In this document: in pieces, positions 37,398-49,980 of the stretch | Numbering within the stretch: the first letter of the stretch is position 1 | Layout: each line of letters opens with the position of its first letter | Assembly: GCF_006345805.1 (NCBI RefSeq) | Contig: NC_043001.1 | Span: 125,860,001-125,924,000, forward strand | DNA length: 64,000 nt | Reading direction: 5' to 3' | From: Octopus sinensis | Lineage: Eukaryota | Translations under genes and position numbers: made by a program | The notes under the pieces: model-generated | The model's input: the letters and a program-made list of their open reading frames with translations, nothing else | Database searches by the model: none | Told to the model about the DNA's origin: nothing

Positions 37398-38477
37398 GTG
37401 TTGTAGTTTGCTTGAAGCATTGTAGTACTGAAGAAGGGAAAGAAAAGTGAAAATAAGAAAGCTTCTGACAATGTCCAGTTACACATTTCCCAAAATGCTT
37501 CCTTCTGAAGATGGGCCTCTGCACCTGAAATGTAAAGATTTTTATAAAACTTCCCGCTTTGTCAGAAGCTTTCTTTACTTCCACTTTCTTTCCCTTTCTA
37601 TGTATGTATGTATGTATACGTGCACACATTATTTACCTTTGGTGCTGCATAGTAGAACCAAGCCTGAAAATACATGGTTGCAAAGCTAACTTCTTAAACT
37701 GTTGACCTGTACCTAACAGTTAAATAAAACACAAATATATAGAGAAAAATAAAATATCAAACTAAATAATGATTAAAAAAAATTTTTTTTTTTGCCCCAG
37801 AATATGCCAGTTTCAAATCACAATGAATTTGATAAAATAAGTACTGAGAATGTCCTAGGGTTGATTTGGCTTATTTCTAACTTCTTGTTTACAAATTTAT
37901 GGCCTTGTGCCAAGGAAAAATAGAAATATATATAATAAAAAAAAATCAATAATGATTATCTTAACACACTTAAAAACCTACAGGTATTGATTATGCATGT
38001 GTGTGCAAGCATGTATGTATGTATGTGCATATATACACACATATATATATATATACACTCGCCATCAATACACTCATGTATGTAGAATACAATCAATGAC
38101 AATTGGAGAAATTAAACACTTATAAAACCCATCTCATCAAAAACAGAAACGAAGAACGCATTTTTTTTTCCTCTGTCTGCTTGTTAACAATCTAACAGTC
38201 TGCACTGATATCTAATCAAAGTGGTTTTGTCTGCAGCCACTTGTACTTGTCTGTTTACATTGATGGCAGATAACTTCGTACGAGTTGAAAAATGCAATTT
38301 GAAATTATGAAAATGAAGACTATGGACATTATTAACCATTACACTCACCGTGTCTGTCTGACAGACAATGTACAGAAATAGGCAACTGTTATTTCTCACT
38401 GTTAACTAACAAAGAAATAAGTGAAAACAATGTACACACACACACACACGCACACCCACACAATCATCATCTTTTAA

Positions 38478-38923
38478 CCCTTTCATTACCAACCCGGCTA
38501 AAACCGGCTCTGGCTCTGTAGTACAAATGTCTAGTTTTCATAAGTTTTTCATTAAAATCTTCAACCAAACCTTAGTCACAATTTATGTTCCTATCACTAG
38601 CTTAACCCTTTAGTGTTCAGATTATTCTGTCAGATGTAATATTTGTTTATTTAAAATGGTTTGAATTAATCATGCATTATCTTGTAGTTTAGGGATTTCA
38701 GTGATGTTACTTTTTAGTTTTAGAATGACATGGTAGGGCTGAGGTGATAGGCAAGATCTGGTCAGGTTCAATATAAAACAGGTTAAATATTTTGGCCGGA
38801 TATGGCCGGTTTGAATGCTAAAGGGTTAATGATAGCTAAATTATTTTACTAAATCCTTTGTTAGATTTAAGATTAATTGAAAGAAACACAGAGCATCTCA
38901 AAATAAATACAGTAACGAAAGGG
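38478..38923 (+). mobile_element. piggyBac-type MITE family F with nested family E MITE (38606-38825)
   Basis: Both elements have CCC...GGG termini and TTAA on each side; the inner element sits at the TTAA that is empty in the 22785-23005 copy. Confidence 0.82.
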
Positions 38924-39112
38924 TTAATGTCCATTTTACACGCTAACATGAGTTGGAAGGTTTGAGAAGATCTTAAGGGTTCCAAAGACTGCATGATGCT
39001 CCAATGTCTGCTTTGATGCAGTTTCTACTACACAACCATATCTGCATCTACAAATGCACACACACACACACACATGTCTTAAGCATTTTACTCATTAATA
39101 TTTAAATCAGCC

Positions 39113-39575
39113 GGCGAGCTGGCAGAAACGTTAACACGCCAGGTGAAATGCTTAGCAGTATTTCGTCTGCCGCTACATTCTGAGTTCAAATTCCGCCAAG
39201 GTCGACTTTGCCTTTCATCTTTTCGGGGTCGATAAATTAAGTACCAGTTACGCACTGGGGGCCGATATAATCGACTTAACCCCTTTGTCTGTCCTTGTTT
39301 GTCCCCTCTGCGTTTAGCCCCTTGTGGGTAGTAACGAAATAAATATTTAAATCAGCCATAAGGCAGTGAGCTGGCAGGATTGTTAGCATGTCAGGCAAAA
39401 TGCTTAGTAGTACTTCACCTGTTGCTACGCTCTGAGTTCAAATTCCACCGAGGTCGACTTTACCTTTCATCCTTTCGAGGCTGATAAATTAAGTACCAGT
39501 CAAGTACTGGGGTCAATGTGATCAACTTAGCCCCTCCTCCAAAATTTCAAGCCCTGTGCCTACAGTAGAAAGGAT
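39113..39575 (+). mobile_element. Two family B SINEs
   Basis: ~39113-39340 and ~39360-39575. Confidence 0.8.
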
Positions 39576-39902
39576 ATTTAAATCAGCCATATCCAGCCCA
39601 AATACTCTTTCAGTTTTATGTTCAGGCTAGTCAGATCTGATCTCTTACACCTACCCTACAATGTCATTCTTACAGTAAAGAGTCACAGCATTGAAATCTC
39701 AAAGCTACAAAACAATGCATAAGTAATTCGAAATAATGTGAATATATAAGCAGTACATTTGACAGTAGTCTGAATGCTAAAGGGCTAAGCTTGATAGAAT
39801 CTATCCCCACTTCAAATCTGAAGGGTCTCTTTCCAGTAAGCTCATGTACCCCTTGCTCCAGTTCATCTGCCACACATAAAGCTTACTTCCTCTGTTAATC
39901 TC

Positions 39903-40307
39903 TTTACTCTCTCTTTTACTCTTTTACTTGTTTCAGTCACATGACTGCGGCCATGCTAGAGCACCGCCTTTAATCAAGCAACTCGACCCCGGGACTTATT
40001 CTTTTGTAAGCCCAGTACTTATTCTATAGGTCTCTTTTGCCAAATCACTAAGTAACGGGGACATAAATACACCAGCATCAGTTGTCAAGCAATGCTAGGG
40101 GGACAAACACAGACACACAAACATATATATATATACATATATACGACGGGCTTCTTTCAGTTTCCGTCTACCAAATCCACTCACAAGGCTTTGGTCAGCC
40201 CGAGGCTATAGTAGAAGACACTTGCCCAAGGTGCCACGCAGTGGGACTGAACCCAGAACCATGTGGTTGGTAAACAAGCTACTTACCACACAGCCACTCC
40301 TGCGCCT
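39903..40307 (-). mobile_element. Family A SINE
   Basis: Full-length reverse-complement copy. Confidence 0.85.
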
Positions 40308-41324
40308 ATGACAGCAATTCCACTACACCTTTTGCTTGTCCGTAAATTACACCAATACAGCTTATGTAGTTTATACTGAATATACACGTGTGTGTGTGTA
40401 CATGCTTTATAAGCAACAAATATTTTTTCTCTATTTATAGGAATTTCTTTGGGTAACTATATCTCTCTCCCTGAAAAGCACGTTTTTAGAGGTCTATATC
40501 TCTATAGCACATTGAACTGATCCTAGTGTGTTGCTGGCACTTGTTTACTTCATAAAACTTGGTACACCCCACCTCCGACCAAAATAGTAAGGCACCAAAC
40601 TAGAATCATTAATTACAAATGCATTCACCGACTTAGTTATTATCACTTACAACTCTAAAAAAAAAAAAATACATGATAGGTCTTTACAAATATCTTTCCA
40701 CATGAGCAGGTGTTGGACAGTTCTAAAACTAAAGAAACCAAAGAAACATTCATGTTTGATGGAGTATTAAAGCAAATAGTAGAATGATAAAAGAGAAAAT
40801 ACTTTTTCTCTAGGAAACAACAGTTTCTCATTGATCTAGACACAACTTTGATTTTTATTCTATTGTTTCTCTCATATTTATTATATATAATATATAATAT
40901 ATTGTGTGTGTGTGCATAAATATATTTATATATTATATAATGCATTATGTGTATACTATATTATCATTTAACTTATATCATTTACTTTTTTCAGTCATTG
41001 GACTGCAGCCATACTGGAGTACCACCTTGAAGGGTTTAGTCGAACAAACTGACCCCAGTACTTATTTTAAGTATGGTACCTATTCTATCAATTTATTTGG
41101 CTGAGCCTCTAACCTGTAAGTTATAGGTACCTAACACACACAAAGCACCCACTACACTCACGGAGTGGTTGGCGTTAGGAAGGGCATCCGGCTGTAGAAA
41201 CACTGCCAGATCAGACTGGGCCTGGCGCAGGCTTCTGGCTTCCCAGACCCCAGTTGAACCGTCCAACCCATGCTAGCACGGAAAACGGACGTTAAACGAT
41301 GATGATGATATATATATATATATA

Positions 41325-41717
41325 CTCTTTACTCTTTTACTCTTTTACATGTTTCAGTCATTTGACTGCGGCCATGCTGGAGCACTGCCTTTAGTCGAGC
41401 AAATTGACCCCGGGACTTATTCTTTGTAAGTCCAGTACTTATTCTATTGGTTTCTTTTGCCGAACCGCTAAGTGACGGGGACGTAAACACACCAGCATCG
41501 GTTGTCAAGCAATGCTAGGGGAACAAACACATATACATATATATACACATATACGACAGGCTTCTTTCAGTTTCTGTCTACCAAATCCACTCACAAGGCA
41601 TTGGTCAGCCCAGGGCTATAGCAGAAGACACTTGCCCAAGATGCCACACAGTGGGACTGAACCCGGAACCATGTGGTTGGTTAGCAAGCTACTTACCACA
41701 CAGCCACTCCTGCACCT
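41325..41717 (-). mobile_element. Family A SINE
   Basis: Full-length reverse-complement copy, abutting a family C tail at 41140-41310. Confidence 0.85.
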
Positions 41718-41738
41718 ATATATATATAGGGAAACAAG

Positions 41739-41778
<40 letters not shown>

Positions 41779-41784
41779 AAACAA

Positions 41785-41995
41785 GCTTTTATATGCAGAA
41801 GTTGCACAGGTACAATAAATGCTGAAAATGGACAGAAAAAAGACTCCATCAACTGCCAGTGGGGTATGCTAGAGGTAGTAGATAGCTTCTGTTATCTAGG
41901 TGAACAAGTGGAGGTGGATGTTCCGAGAGTGTAGCTGTAAGAGTAGGATTAGGATGGGCAAAGTTCAAAGAGCCCCTACCCTTGCTTGCAACAGT
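41785..41995 (+). pseudogene. Non-LTR retrotransposon (RTE/RTEX-like) RT C-terminal fragment
   Basis: LEVVDSFCYLG..., then after a frameshift GGCSESVAVRVGLGWAKFKEPLPLL. Confidence 0.7.
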
Positions 41996-42372
41996 TCCTG
42001 GGCCTCATGGAGGCAAAGTGGCTGAGTTCCTTTCAAGTGTTGGGCTTCATGGAGGTGATGACCAAGACCTTTGGCATTACGTCATGCTTAAGAAGAAGAT
42101 GCATCAAGCCGAGCAAACTCACAGTCATGGCAGATACTAGTGTCACACAAATTGGTACCCATGCTGGTGGCACGTAAAAGCACCCCAGTGACATGCCGGT
42201 GGCATGTAAAAGCATCCATTACACTCTCAGAGTGGTTGGCATTAAGAAGGGCATCCAGCCATAGAAAACCATGCCAGATCAGACTAGAGTCTGGTGCAGC
42301 ATGCCAGCCCAGTCAAACCATCCAACCCATGCCAGCATGGACAACAGATATCAAATGTTGATGATGATGATG

Positions 42373-42409
<37 letters not shown>

Positions 42410-42689
42410 ACACACACACAGAAGGTAGTCTTGGCGGATTTTAGAATGTTAATTTTAGAAACAAGTTCATTTGCTTCTGTATTTTTACATTCACATAACT
42501 TCTTTTCTTTTAGCCCTTTAGCATTTAAACTGGTTATATCTGGCCAAAATATTCTACCTGTTTTATGTTCAAACAGGCCAGATCCAGCCCTTCACACCTA
42601 CCCTACAATATCATTCTAAAAAACTAACAGTTGGGTTACAAAAATCTGAAAGTTGTAAGACAATGCATGATTAATTCATAAACAATGTG

Positions 42690-43075
42690 AATCCGTGCCA
42701 GTGGCACGTAAAAAGCACCATTTGGGCGTGATCGTTACCAGCATCGCCTTACTGGCACTTGTGCCGTTGACATGTGAAAAAACATTCGAGCAAGGTCGTT
42801 GCCAGTGCCGCTGGACTGGCTCCTGTGCAGGTGGCACCATTTGAGCGTGACTGTTGCCAGTACCACCTGACTGGCCCTCATGCCGGTGGCACATAAAAGC
42901 ACCCACTACACTCTCAGAATGATTGGCGTTAGGAAGGGCATCCAGCTGTAGAAATTCTGCCAGATCAAGTTTGGAGCCTGGTGCAGCCATCTGGTTTCGC
43001 CAGTCTTCAGTCAAATCGTCCAACCCATGCTAGCATGGAAAGCGGACGTTAACCGATGATGATGATGATGATGGT
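42690..43075 (-). mobile_element. Family C-related elements inside a family E MITE (~42514-43104)
   Basis: GCACGTAAAAAGCACC modules in both orientations, a conserved 3' end with (GAT)n, flanked by the two halves of the E MITE. Confidence 0.6.
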
Positions 43076-43530
43076 AGATTTAACAGAATATGGATGCTAA
43101 AGGGTTAACCTCTCTTCATATTGTGAAGGTTTATGGTTTTGTGGTCAGGGTTCAGAGATTATAAAGTTTTAAATTCAATTCCAGGATCAAGTAGCACATT
43201 GAGTTCTTGAGCAAGGCACTTCATTTGACACTGCTCCAGTTTATTCAGCTGTAAATGAGTACCAGCTGGCTGCTGGTGCAGCTTTCTCCTCCCCCAACAT
43301 TTACATCCAATATGCCCCATGAGGTCAAATGTGTGGTTAGATCAAAAGGGTGTTTATGTCTACTCGTGACTACATAGGTACCAAAAACTACAAGTAAAAC
43401 TAAGGTACAATGTTACCAAGCCATATTTGTTCACAAGGGACAGTTGTGTTTTTTGGTTTTTTTCTTTATCTTGTGCATACTAACTTGTTTGAGATCACCT
43501 TTGGTTCTGAGATACAACACTCAAGTTTAA

Positions 43531-43970
43531 CCCTTCAGCACTTAACCCTTTTGTTACTGTATTTATTTTGAGATGCTCTGTGTTTCTTCCAATTATTTTA
43601 AATATAAGAAAGAATTTAGTAAAATAACATCATTATCATTGAGCTAGTGTTAGGAACATAAATTGTGACTAAGATTTGGTGGAAATTTTGAATTCAAAAC
43701 TTATGAAAACAAGACATTTATACTAAAGAGCCAGAGCCGGTTTCAGCCGGGTTGGTAACGAAACAGGCCATATTCCAACCAAAATAGTCTCCCTTTTTTA
43801 TGCTCAAACTGGCCACATCCGACCTCTCACACCTACCCTACAATATTAGCCTAAAAAGTATACACCCACATAATCAAAATCTCAAGGCTACAAGATAATG
43901 CAGGATAAATTCAAAACAATGTAAATAAATTAGCATTACATTTGATAGAGTAATCTAAATGCTAATGGGG
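43531..43970 (+). mobile_element. Family E MITE with nested family F MITE (43546-43763, inverted)
   Basis: TTAA|CCCTTCAGCAC TTAA|CCCTTTTGTTAC...; E sequence resumes at CAGGCCATAT. Confidence 0.7.
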
Positions 43971-44019
43971 TAAAGCCTACAACCTATATAGGTTAAAGCC
44001 TATATCATAAGTTTATAAG

Positions 44020-44248
44020 GCGGCGAGCTGGCAGAGACATTAGCACGCCGGGCGAAGTGCTTAACACTATTTCGCCCTTCGCTATGTTCTGAGTTCAAAT
44101 TCCGCCGAGGTTGACTTTGCCTTTCATCCTTTCGGGGTCGATAAATAAAGTACCAGTTACGCACTGGTGTCGATGTAATCGGCTTGTTCCGTGTGTATGT
44201 CCTTGTTTGTCCCCTCAATGTTTAGCCCCTTGTGGGTAATAAAGAAAT
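44020..44248 (+). mobile_element. Family B SINE
   Basis: Near-consensus copy. Confidence 0.82.
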
Positions 44249-44379
44249 ATATATCATAAGTTTATGCATCTTTTATCTTTCACTTGTTTCAGTCTTCAGA
44301 CAGTGGCCATGCTGGGGCACTGCTCTGAAAGGTTTTAGCCAAACAGATTAACCCCAGCACTTAATATATTTTTTTTTAA

Positions 44380-44598
44380 CCCTTTAATGTTCAGATTATT
44401 CAATCAAACATAATGCCTATTGATTCATATTGATTTGAATTAATCATGCAATATCTCATATCTTCAAGATCTTGATGGTGCAACTACTTAATGTAGAATA
44501 ACATTGTAGGGTAGGTGTGAGAACCTGGACCTGGTCAGTTTGAACATAAAACAGATTAACTATTTTGGCTGGATATGGCCGGTTTAAATACTAAAGGG
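44380..44598 (-). mobile_element. Family E piggyBac-type MITE
   Basis: TTAA|CCCTTTA...TAAAGGG|TTAA. Confidence 0.75.
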
Positions 44599-45131
44599 TT
44601 AAGTGCTGGACTTATTGTATTAGTCTCTTTTGCTGAACTACTATGTTACAGGGGACACAGACAAATCAACACAAGTTGCCAAGCAGTGGGAAGACAAGAC
44701 AAACACACATACATACACACACGCGTGTGCATGCGCATGTGGTGAAATATGGCTACAAAAGACTTAGTACTGTGATATCATGTCATTCCTCAAAGCATTT
44801 AAAATTAGAAGCATGTAAATTTCTTTTGTTTCACTGTATTATATACTGGAGAGGTTAAAAAAAAAAACTATATCAACAGTAGTTATAATGTATTTTTTCA
44901 CATTTCTAAAAATTTCATTTCCCATCATATCATTACTGACTATGATATCAGTTTGCTGTGATTCGCTAAATTTTGACACATCTGTAAAAATCGCTGACAT
45001 TTCCATATTTGTCTTTCAACCAAAAGAACTCAAATACATTTAAATGTAATGTGAGACACTGTTTTGTTTTTAATCCTTTTACCATCACAGCATCATGTTT
45101 TTGAAATTCTATCACATTTTATTCATATCAC

Positions 45132-45162
<31 letters not shown>

Positions 45163-48100
45163 AACCCAATAAGTTCAGGGTTTGGTAATAAATATAGGAT
45201 TTCTTTTTTCTTTTTTTTTATGCCCCCTATTTTTCTATTAACTCCTGACAGCAATATATTGTACATAGCCAACAGTGAGTTGGGAGAGTCATTAAGATCA
45301 AATATTAAGCTTCATGGTATTTGTTCTGACACTCAAGGTTCTGGGTTCAAATCCTTCTGAGTCAATTTTGCCTTTCATCATTTGCAGTCAAATAAACCAA
45401 TCTAGGACAATAGATTAACAGAACAACAAGAACACCAGACTTGATGCCATGTGGTATTTGTTCCATCAATTTGCATTCTGGGTTCCGATCCTGCCAGGGC
45501 TTATATGAATGTAGACATAATCCGTTGCTAGGTTTAACCTTGGGTACCTTTAATGTAAGTGGAGTCCACTCTATTGCAAGATTTTGGGACCATATCTTTG
45601 GTTTTAGGGTAATTTCTTTCCAGCCTCAGAAGCCTTGCAGAGAGTTATGGACACCATTCTACCCTTCCAAACTACATGATTAGAAAGAAGAAGAAAAAAG
45701 AGAAAGAGAAAGAAAGAAAGAAAAAACCAAACAATGCCTAGACTGAAGTGAAGAATAACTTTTAACTTCCTGAAAATCAAACACAGACAGACAGAAAATA
45801 ATGCTGCCAGTGACATTAGGAGACAATAAATAAATAAATAAACAAATAAATATGGTTTTTTTCCCCCCCAAAAGAATAGGAATCATGTCATAGGAGCAGA
45901 AGCAACAGCAATGGCTCTGAAAATGAGTGTAGAGCAGACATCCAACAAATCTCATTCCAAGAGACAACAATTTCATGTCAGGTTTTCTTTCTTTTTTTTT
46001 ATTATTTTTTATTTTTTACTATTTTCTGTTTTTCTTTTTTTTTGTTTTTTCTTTCCATGTCTGTGAAGTAACATCAAAGGCAGTCTCTTAAAGTAGTCAG
46101 TTTGTACTCCGAGACTAAAGTGTTTGCATCACGATCAATTGTATATGACAGTAGACAGTGGAAATAACCGGCACATATTAACTCCTAGCATAAGATTAAC
46201 TTGAAAATATTGTTTAGAGAGAAGCATTATAATCAACGTTTTTTTTCTAAAGTTTTACTATTATGTTTGTTTTTGTCTACAATTTCACCATCAAACATTG
46301 AAGAATCTCAGATTGGTAGAGAGATCAATTGCTAAACATGGAATGAAAGGAAAGAAAAAAAAAACCCAACTTTTTAATCATTAGTGTTAGTTATCAATCT
46401 AAGAAATGCTGGGTAGCTGCAGCTTTTGTGTAAATGCATAAGCACACACACACACACACACACACACATGTATATATAATAGGATGGCAATAGAACTGAT
46501 GAAAAAGCTTCAATCATTTTGCTTTACTGCTGTGCTGCAAATATTTGATGTCAATTGCATTCATTTAGGTTTTCCAATAACACAGGATTACCATAGTTGT
46601 CTTATATAGTCTGTACACAGTTTAAAAATTAATCCCAAAATAAATAATTTCTTTTAGATGTGTTCTATATTACAGACTAAGAAAAAAAAAAAATTTTTTT
46701 AATAATCAAAGATAATCATCTATGCCACCTTAGACTATAAATGGATAAAATCAAATGCCACAAGATAGCTCGACACTATTGATTCTGTGATCTACCACTA
46801 TTTATGAGGGTGTTTGGCTTTGTGGTGAGGGTGCTGTATTCATGATCATGAGATTGTGGCTTCAATTCCTGGACTGGGTGGGTGGTGCAATCTGTTCTTA
46901 AATAAAGCACTTCATCTGATATTGCTCTGCAATCACTTTGATATCTGATGTGTGGCACGACATGCACTTCTGCTGGCAATGTTGATGTGATAGAGGGAAT
47001 GAGATAATGCACAGTACAAACATTTGGTCACTACAAACAAATCCTCTGTGTAGGTTGTTCAGCAAGAAACTGTGGAGCCCTAACCCTTAACCTTCAACTG
47101 CTTCTCCTTCTTTGATAAGTTCAAGCTTAATAGATCATTAAGCTGACTCTGAGAACAAGAATAGGTCTCTCTACACAAACTTGATTGTTGGTCTCACTGA
47201 AATCCAAAATCTTCCAGTTCAATGGACTCACACCAGAGCTATACAAGACAGTGTTGATAACTACATCAGGACAATCCCTCTCAATTTGAACAACTCAAAT
47301 CCTTCTTCACCTTCCATAACGTTTTCAGCTATACAATCCTTTTTGTTGGTCCCGTCATCATCATTTAACATTCGTTTTCCATGCTGGAATGGATGAGATG
47401 ATTTGAATGGAAACAGTAAGCTGGAGAAATGCTCCAGGATGTTTTGGCTTGGTTTCTATGGCTCGATGCCCTTCCTAACACCAACCATTCCACAAAGTGT
47501 ACTGAGTGCTTTATACATGTCACCAGCATGGTACCTTTTGCATGTCACTAGCACAAATGCTTTTTACACATCATTGGCACAGGTGCCCTTTATATGTCAC
47601 TGGCACAAAGGCCCTCTACGTGTCAGCAGCACAGGTGCCGTTAATATGTCACCAGCACTGGCCATGATCATGATTTCACTAAGCTTGACATGTCTTCTCA
47701 AGCACAGCAATTCACCAGAAGATCTCACTGAGATCAAAAATCATCTCCCAGTTTAATGGACCCACACCAGAGCTATACAATCTGGTATCAATAACTATAT
47801 CAGCACAATCTCTCTCACATCTGAATATTTCAAATCCTTCATCACCTTAACTTTTAACATCACATTCTAGGATTTACTTCTTTAATCTCCACTACTTCAG
47901 TGACCATTTAAGACAATGGTTTCCACCCCAACTGCTTCATTGCTATCTCTGCCTTAAACAAACCCACTGTGTTCCATTCTTACCTTAACTTCACCTCATC
48001 CCACCCTACTTTTAATTTCTTTCTTCTGCAGCCATGACCTTGACTTTAGCCAACCAGTTTCCATTCATGGTCTGGCTCTTTAAAGAGCAACAATACTCCT

Positions 48101-48169
48101 ATCTTAGATCAAAACTGCCTTCATTCATGCCTGTGATGTCAACTGCACATCTACATTTTCATCTCAAAT

Positions 48170-48730
48170 ACATCCCATGACTAACTACCTTCCATCCATA
48201 TACCTTTCTAGAAAACCATTCAACAACCCTTCTGACTCTTCCAATTGACTCCCCAATCCACCTCTCACTTCCTTTAAGCATGTCTGTAACCTACATGACT
48301 TACTGGTCCACAGCTCATTGCCCACCCTATACACCCAGCGTGAGCCCTTCATCTGCTCCCTTCTCTTTCTACACCTGTCCAACCTTTCTCAACACTATTC
48401 TTTCCACATCACAGACCATATCACATTCACCTACACCCACCACAATCTCATTTACTATATCTAATGCCAACTATACAGATTGCTCATGCGCAAGCCAAAT
48501 AGATCAGAGATTAGCCACTGGTTCACTGAACATCTTAGAGATATCAGACTTGACAACATCACATCACCAATTACCAGCCACTTCTGTTCAGTGGACCATG
48601 TCCCTTGGCACCTCTCCACTTATGCTCTTACCTTTCACAACATACTTCTTTCCTCACATATTATCTCTCAGCTCAAAACAATTCCATCACATGGATTAAA
48701 CCACTCTCTTGAAATTTTATCTACTTAAAT
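48170..48730 (+). pseudogene. Degenerate Penelope-like GIY-YIG endonuclease region
   Basis: Mosaic of frames: DLLVHSSLP, C..C, NLIYYI.C, ISHWFTEHLRDIRL...PITSHF...H, IISQLKTIPSHGLN, matching the layout of PLE endonuclease ends (terminal P.GLN). Confidence 0.68.
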
Positions 48731-49599
48731 CCATACAGAGATACAATCCTCTAAACACAGCATATCTACATCAAAATACAATACACATACATATCACATA
48801 CACACAGATTACAACATATTTATACACACAATTTACCACATATTCATTACACCTGACTTCAATCTACCAGCAAAAAAAAACAAAAAAAAAAATACAATTT
48901 TGTCTCTGCTTCACTTCCTATTCTCTTTCCTGTATGGTAAAAACACATCACCATCTCTCTCTCTCTCCTTCTCATCCCTCATTTTACATGTTTTCTTCGT
49001 TTCCCCAGTGAAAAAACATTTAGTCTGAAATGTAAGACTTTTCTATAAGCAATTTTTTCCACTCTCTAGTGTAAAGTTAATACTTAATCTTTTCATTACC
49101 ATTAGTCATTTGAGCTTTTTTTTCAAAAAGACTCTTGAATTTTCAACATGCTAACACAGCTACCAGATCAGTTCTCTTGGATTATTTATATGTGGATTAC
49201 ATTAAATCTATGATTTCTTTGATAATCATCATCGTCATCAGCGTTTAACATCTATTTTCCATGCTGGCATGGGTTGGACGGTTTGACAGGAGCTGGCCAG
49301 AAAGGGAGCTGGCCAGACTCCAATTGTCTGTTGTGGCAAGGTTTTTATGGGTGGATGACCTTCCTAGTGCCAACCACTTTACAGAGTGTGCTGGGTGCTT
49401 TATGCATGCTCCCAGCAGTGGTGTGTTTATGCAGCACCAGCACAAGTGCATTTTACAGGGCACCGGCACCTGTAAAAGCCATGTCCATATGTATGGATGA
49501 CCACGATTTTACTGCACGTCCTCAAGTACAGCAAATCACCACAATTCCCAGTCCCTTGTCATTTCGTCATATATATATATATATATATATATGCGTTTG

Positions 49600-49935
49600 T
49601 GGCCATTGCCAGCCTCGCCTGGCCCCTGTGCCGGTGGCATGTAAAAAGCACCATCCAATCGTGGCCGTTGCCAGTCTTGCCTGGCCCCCGTGCCGGTGGC
49701 ACGTAAAAAGCACCACCTGACCGTGGCCGTTTGCCAACCCCGTCTGGCAACTGTGCCGGTGGCACGTAAAAAGCACCTACTACACTCACGGAGTGGTTGG
49801 CGTTCTGAAGGGCATCCAGCTGTAGAAACATTGCCAGATCAGACTGGGCCTGATGCAGCCTTCTGGCTTCCCAGACCCCAGTTGAACCGTCCAACCCATG
49901 CTAGCATGGAAAGCGGACGCTAAATGATGATGATA
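49600..49935 (+). mobile_element. Family C element
   Basis: Three ~55-bp modules plus conserved 3' end and (GAT)n. Confidence 0.75.
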
Positions 49936-49937
49936 CA

Positions 49938-49980
<43 letters not shown>

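Noticed and set aside
38340-38400. Minus-strand RNNSCLFLY...|GTGAGT as a possible upstream tetraspanin exon
   Set aside because: No GCxGALREN or TM2 context, and the peptide does not fit the residues expected before FSIF.
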